Of a DNA stretch of 51,450 nucleotides, positions 47,651-51,450 are shown one piece after another. A model generated the notes under the pieces. The model was not told the DNA's origin and did no database searches. It was given only the letters and a program-made list of their open reading frames with translations. Source of the DNA: Octopus bimaculoides (taxonomy: Eukaryota); contig NC_068989.1 in the NCBI RefSeq assembly GCF_001194135.2, positions 57,818,779-57,870,228 of the forward strand. Reading direction: 5' to 3'. Position 1 is the stretch's first letter; each line of letters begins with the position of its first letter. Position numbers and translations under genes: made by a program.

Positions 47651-48489
47651 AGATCTTTACCCCTTGAACAGCAGATCGGGAAATTAATTTTTTGTAACTA
47701 AACACTTTCAAACTCGGACACTGGTAGAATATGTCATATAAAACATCTTTTACTCTTAGTGTTGCTGAGAAAAGTTTGTATTTTCAAAGTTATTTCATGT
47801 TAAAGTTGTCGTATTTCGGTAATTTCAACCAATCAATGAAGTGTATTCAGCTGAATAAAATTACTGTATATTTTGTTTGTCACTGTTATTTATGACATTT
47901 CATCTCAGTTACGTTTGTATGAATAAACGAGTGTATCTGAAGCATGTTTACTTCATGGTACCACCACAATCATTCGTGCATTTCTACTGCTTTTAATTTT
48001 TTTTTTCTGTTTTTCAGCTACTATTTTCAGAAAGACTTTTTTGCCCCACTACCCATCCAATTTCTTCATTCTTCACTTTTTTCCGTAACTCTAACCCTAA
48101 AATCCCAACCCTAACCCTAACCCTAAAACCCCAACCTAACTCTAAAACCCTAACCCTAACCCTAACCTAAAACCCTAACCCTACTCCTAACTCTAAAACC
48201 CTAAAGCTAAAACCAGTACAAACGCACGAATGATGTCATAAATAACAGTGACAAACGAAATATACACTGCCAATAGTTGTTATTGACAAACAACGGCAGT
48301 AATTGGTTGGTTGAAATTACCGAAATACGACTACTTTAACACGAAATAACTTTGAAAGTATAAACTTTTCTCAACAACATTAAGAGTAAAAGATGTTTTA
48401 TATGACACATTCTACCAGTGTCCGAAGTTTGAAAGTGTTTAGTTACAAAAAATTAATTTCTCGATCTGCCATTCAAAGGGAAAAGATCC
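47651..48489. mobile_element. Intact long-TIR MITE (839 bp; Mutator- or hAT-like) with telomere-like core
   Basis: TIRs of about 260 bp (47651-47910 and 48216-48489) starting (A/G)GATCTTT(A/T)CCC. TSD TACATTTC at 47643-47650 and 48490-48497 (9 bp TACATTTCA if the left end is 47652). Confidence 0.88.
48086..48214. repeat. Degenerate interstitial (CCCTAA)n tract
   Basis: Nine perfect CCCTAA units interspersed with CTCTAA, CCTAAAA and CCCAA variants. Confidence 0.92.
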
Positions 48490-48847
48490 TACATTTCAGA
48501 TAATCCAAAATTCCATATAAGGCATGATTTATTAACATGAGTCATATGATAGATAACTCTGAAAGCAAACATTTACCACTAGGGGTAATATCAGGTAACA
48601 TGGCATATACACAATAATCATAATTTAACTTTTACAAATTTTCTTGGTGCTTATGCAAAATGATAAAATGAATTCAAATTTTCAAAAGAATATTTATTAC
48701 CTAAAAATAAAATTAAATAAAACAAATTTCTCATTTATATAATTCCTACATTCCTCCCTTCTACTCTGTCACCTCCCCTTCTTCCACTTCCTCTTCTGTT
48801 GAGTCTGTCTTTCTCATTGTGTGCGTATGTGTGTGTGTGCATGTACG

Positions 48848-48883
<36 letters not shown>

Positions 48884-49679
48884 GCATTCCTTTACCCATT
48901 GTCTGACACCAAGCATCCTGCACAAATTATATCAACTCTCTTTTGTTCTCTCTCTCTCTCTCTCTCTCTCTTCACTTCCTCTATACAATATAAACCATGA
49001 CTGGAGAAATCAACCAACCAACATTTATATCAGCTATTATTATAAAAAAAATTAATAATGCATGTTGTCAGTACATGCATCACTTTGTAAAAAGTTGGAC
49101 AGACTAGTCTGTACATACTGTAAATAGCTAGACACTACAGATCGTTTCACAACGAAAGTCTTAACCCTTTCTGTTGAAACACACTGTCTTTGTTTTAACG
49201 AATTTTGAAAATAATGAAGAAGTTCATAAAATAATAAAAATTATTAAGCTGGTGTTGGGCCATAAATCAACATGAAATTTTGATGAGTCTTAATTCAGAT
49301 CACTTTAAAACAGTGAACTTTTATTATAGAATGAAAGGTAATTTCAGAAGGACTGCTACTAAAGTGTTGGTCCAATCAGTCCAACCTTTTCTGCCACAAT
49401 GACATAGAAACCTGTGGTGTAGCCACTTTGTATTTATTTCCCAGTGAGGCTAATGTCATTTGCTTGTTTAATAAGTTATATGTTACATTTCAAATATTCT
49501 AAAAACACTGAAGTACATTGTTATAATTGTCATCACTCTTACAACAACTGGCATATTATACTGCTATAGACTCTTTCTTTAATCACATGCGGCATTTAAT
49601 CTTAAACATTTTTGTTTAGTGCCTCACTTAAAAAAATTTTTAACAAGTAAAATACTCCCAAATAAATTTGTAAAACATG

Positions 49680-49865
49680 CCAGTGGCACATTTGTACCAG
49701 TGGCACGTTTGTGTCAAAGGCACATTAAAAGCACCCAGCGGACACTGAAAGGGCATCAAGCCAAATCAGACTGGAACCTGGTGCAGCTTCTCAGCTTGCT
49801 ATCTCCGGTCAAACCATCAAACCCATACCAGCATGGAAAATGGACATTAAAGGATGATGACGATG
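49680..49865 (+). mobile_element. RTE 3'UTR fragment with (GAT) tail
   Basis: ggcacattaaaagcaccc..aaccatcaaacccataccagcatggaaaatggacattaaaggatgatg. Confidence 0.7.
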
Positions 49866-50542
49866 CTTATACCTACATGTAGACTCTTGTTATCATCTGC
49901 CTGACTTCATAAGTGCCACACCAATAGCCATATAAAATATGGGATGTTTTTCTGACTCACCCTGTATTTCTAATCCTTGAATAAATACTAAGTGTGATGG
50001 TCTAAAACAATTTATAAAAATCTAATTTCATATGAAAATTCAGTTCAACACAAAATTGCTACATCAAAGTACAATGTTTTACATTTAGGGCTTGGTAACA
50101 ATATTAACTAGAAACTAGTCACATTTCCTCTGTTATTAGCATCTGAGAGTATGTATTATGATTGCTAATGACTAAACATTCAATGTATCTGTAGCTACAA
50201 TATTTATAAGTATTTATACGTCATCATTATTATTTTAACATTCTAACATTCATTTTGCCATGCTTACATAGGTCAGATGGAATTTATTGAGTATATTTTC
50301 TGTGGCAGGATACCCATCCGATCATTAACCTTCACTTGATTCCAGGAAAGAAACTTTTCCCAAGGCCAGACATGTTTTTCACAGAAAATAGGAAATCAAT
50401 GACACTGAAAAAGATACTTTGACCTTTCAGCTTGTGTTACTGGACACCAACTGTTTGTTTGGGGAGTGACCTAAATAATGTCACATAAGAGTAATTTTGT
50501 GATCAGTAAACTATAACAAGATCTAGGGTAAACAGGTCATAC

Positions 50543-50622
50543 CATGAGGCTGCTGTGTCTGAGTGAAATCAATGAGACTGATTGTTTTACAGTTACAATC
50601 ATTGACAATTATTGTACAATAT
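50543..50622 (-). CDS. Candidate 80-nt exon: YCTIIVNDCNCKTISLIDFTQTQQPH
   Basis: Strong pyrimidine tract tttatgtctctctgtctag and donor ATG|gtatga. One open frame, phase 2/1. No homology recognised. Confidence 0.25.
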
Positions 50623-50664
50623 CTAGACAGAGAGACATAAACACATACATGATGAACCCATGCA

Positions 50665-50700
<36 letters not shown>

Positions 50701-51164
50701 TGATCTTACACACTCATTCCTTTTGGTAACATGTTGCCCTTTTTGGTGCATCTTTTAAATTGTGCATATCATTGCTATTATGTTAAACTACTGTATGTCC
50801 AAATTCAGCCAAATGCATTTTCTTTTTTTTCAAGATTTAATTTTGTTTGCAATAGCTGATTCTTTTGCTCAAACTATCGTATCTCCAGCTGCTTCAGATG
50901 CCAAGATATGAAAATTGTCAAAGTGTAGTATAATAGTTAAGCATTTTTCAGAAATGTAGTAAGCCCCACATATGACAGTTTTCCAAAAATATTTCTGACT
51001 GAAAATGTCATACATGCATGGAGATACGATTTTATGCAGTCAACAAAGTATTATTGTTAAGCTGAAACTGTTGCTGAAATAATTAGAAATGTAATAATGA
51101 AACTATTTTTTCGTTTTCGGAAAAAGCAACATTTTGGACTTAAAACACTTTTGCATAATAGCAA

Positions 51165-51167
<3 letters not shown>

Positions 51168-51195
<28 letters not shown>

Positions 51196-51237
51196 TAAAT
51201 ATATATGTATATACATATATAAACATATATATGTGCT

Positions 51238-51309
<72 letters not shown>

Positions 51310-51396
51310 TATATGTACATATATATGTATATATATGCATATGTATGTATGTGCATATATATGTATGTATATATATATATGCATATATATGTATGC

Positions 51397-51450
<54 letters not shown>
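51168..51450. repeat. Compound (GT)n/(AT)n microsatellite
   Basis: Directly visible. Confidence 0.96.

Noticed and set aside
48086-48214. True telomere or chromosome-fusion scar
   Set aside because: The tract is short, degenerate, in a single orientation and enclosed within a TSD-flanked MITE.

Overview
AT-rich, microsatellite- and retroposon-dense metazoan draft sequence with 11 N-gaps. The repeat families resemble those I recall from Octopus/coleoid cephalopods; this is inference, not a database result. The one clear gene is on the minus strand: ten GT-AG exons from 29218 down to 297 join with consistent phases into 1714 nt (about 571 codons) of uninterrupted frame. They encode ankyrin repeats followed by leucine-rich repeats, with motifs that track vertebrate LRRK1 as I recall it (..LPSSVPWGMKNL.., ..PWSCPL.., ..HFWGTSL.., ..WSCHEL.., ..EFPLFLS..DAVPPSVC..). 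The ROC-COR-kinase-WD40 part would lie beyond the left edge, and the true 5' end is unresolved. The rest is intronic or intergenic: several tRNA-derived SINE families, RTE, L1/Tx1 and REL-endonuclease LINE relics, and hAT-, piggyBac-, Mutator- and Helitron-like non-autonomous elements. I see no convincing new multi-gene system, no CRISPR array and no rRNA or tRNA gene. The most interesting oddities are a PHD-finger-like module inside an RTE reverse-transcriptase relic, a hairpin minisatellite derived from RT coding sequence, a 108-bp perfect palindrome, a degenerate Penelope-type minimal hammerhead, an intact long-TIR MITE with a telomere-repeat core, and inverted repeat pairs flanking LRRK1 exons.
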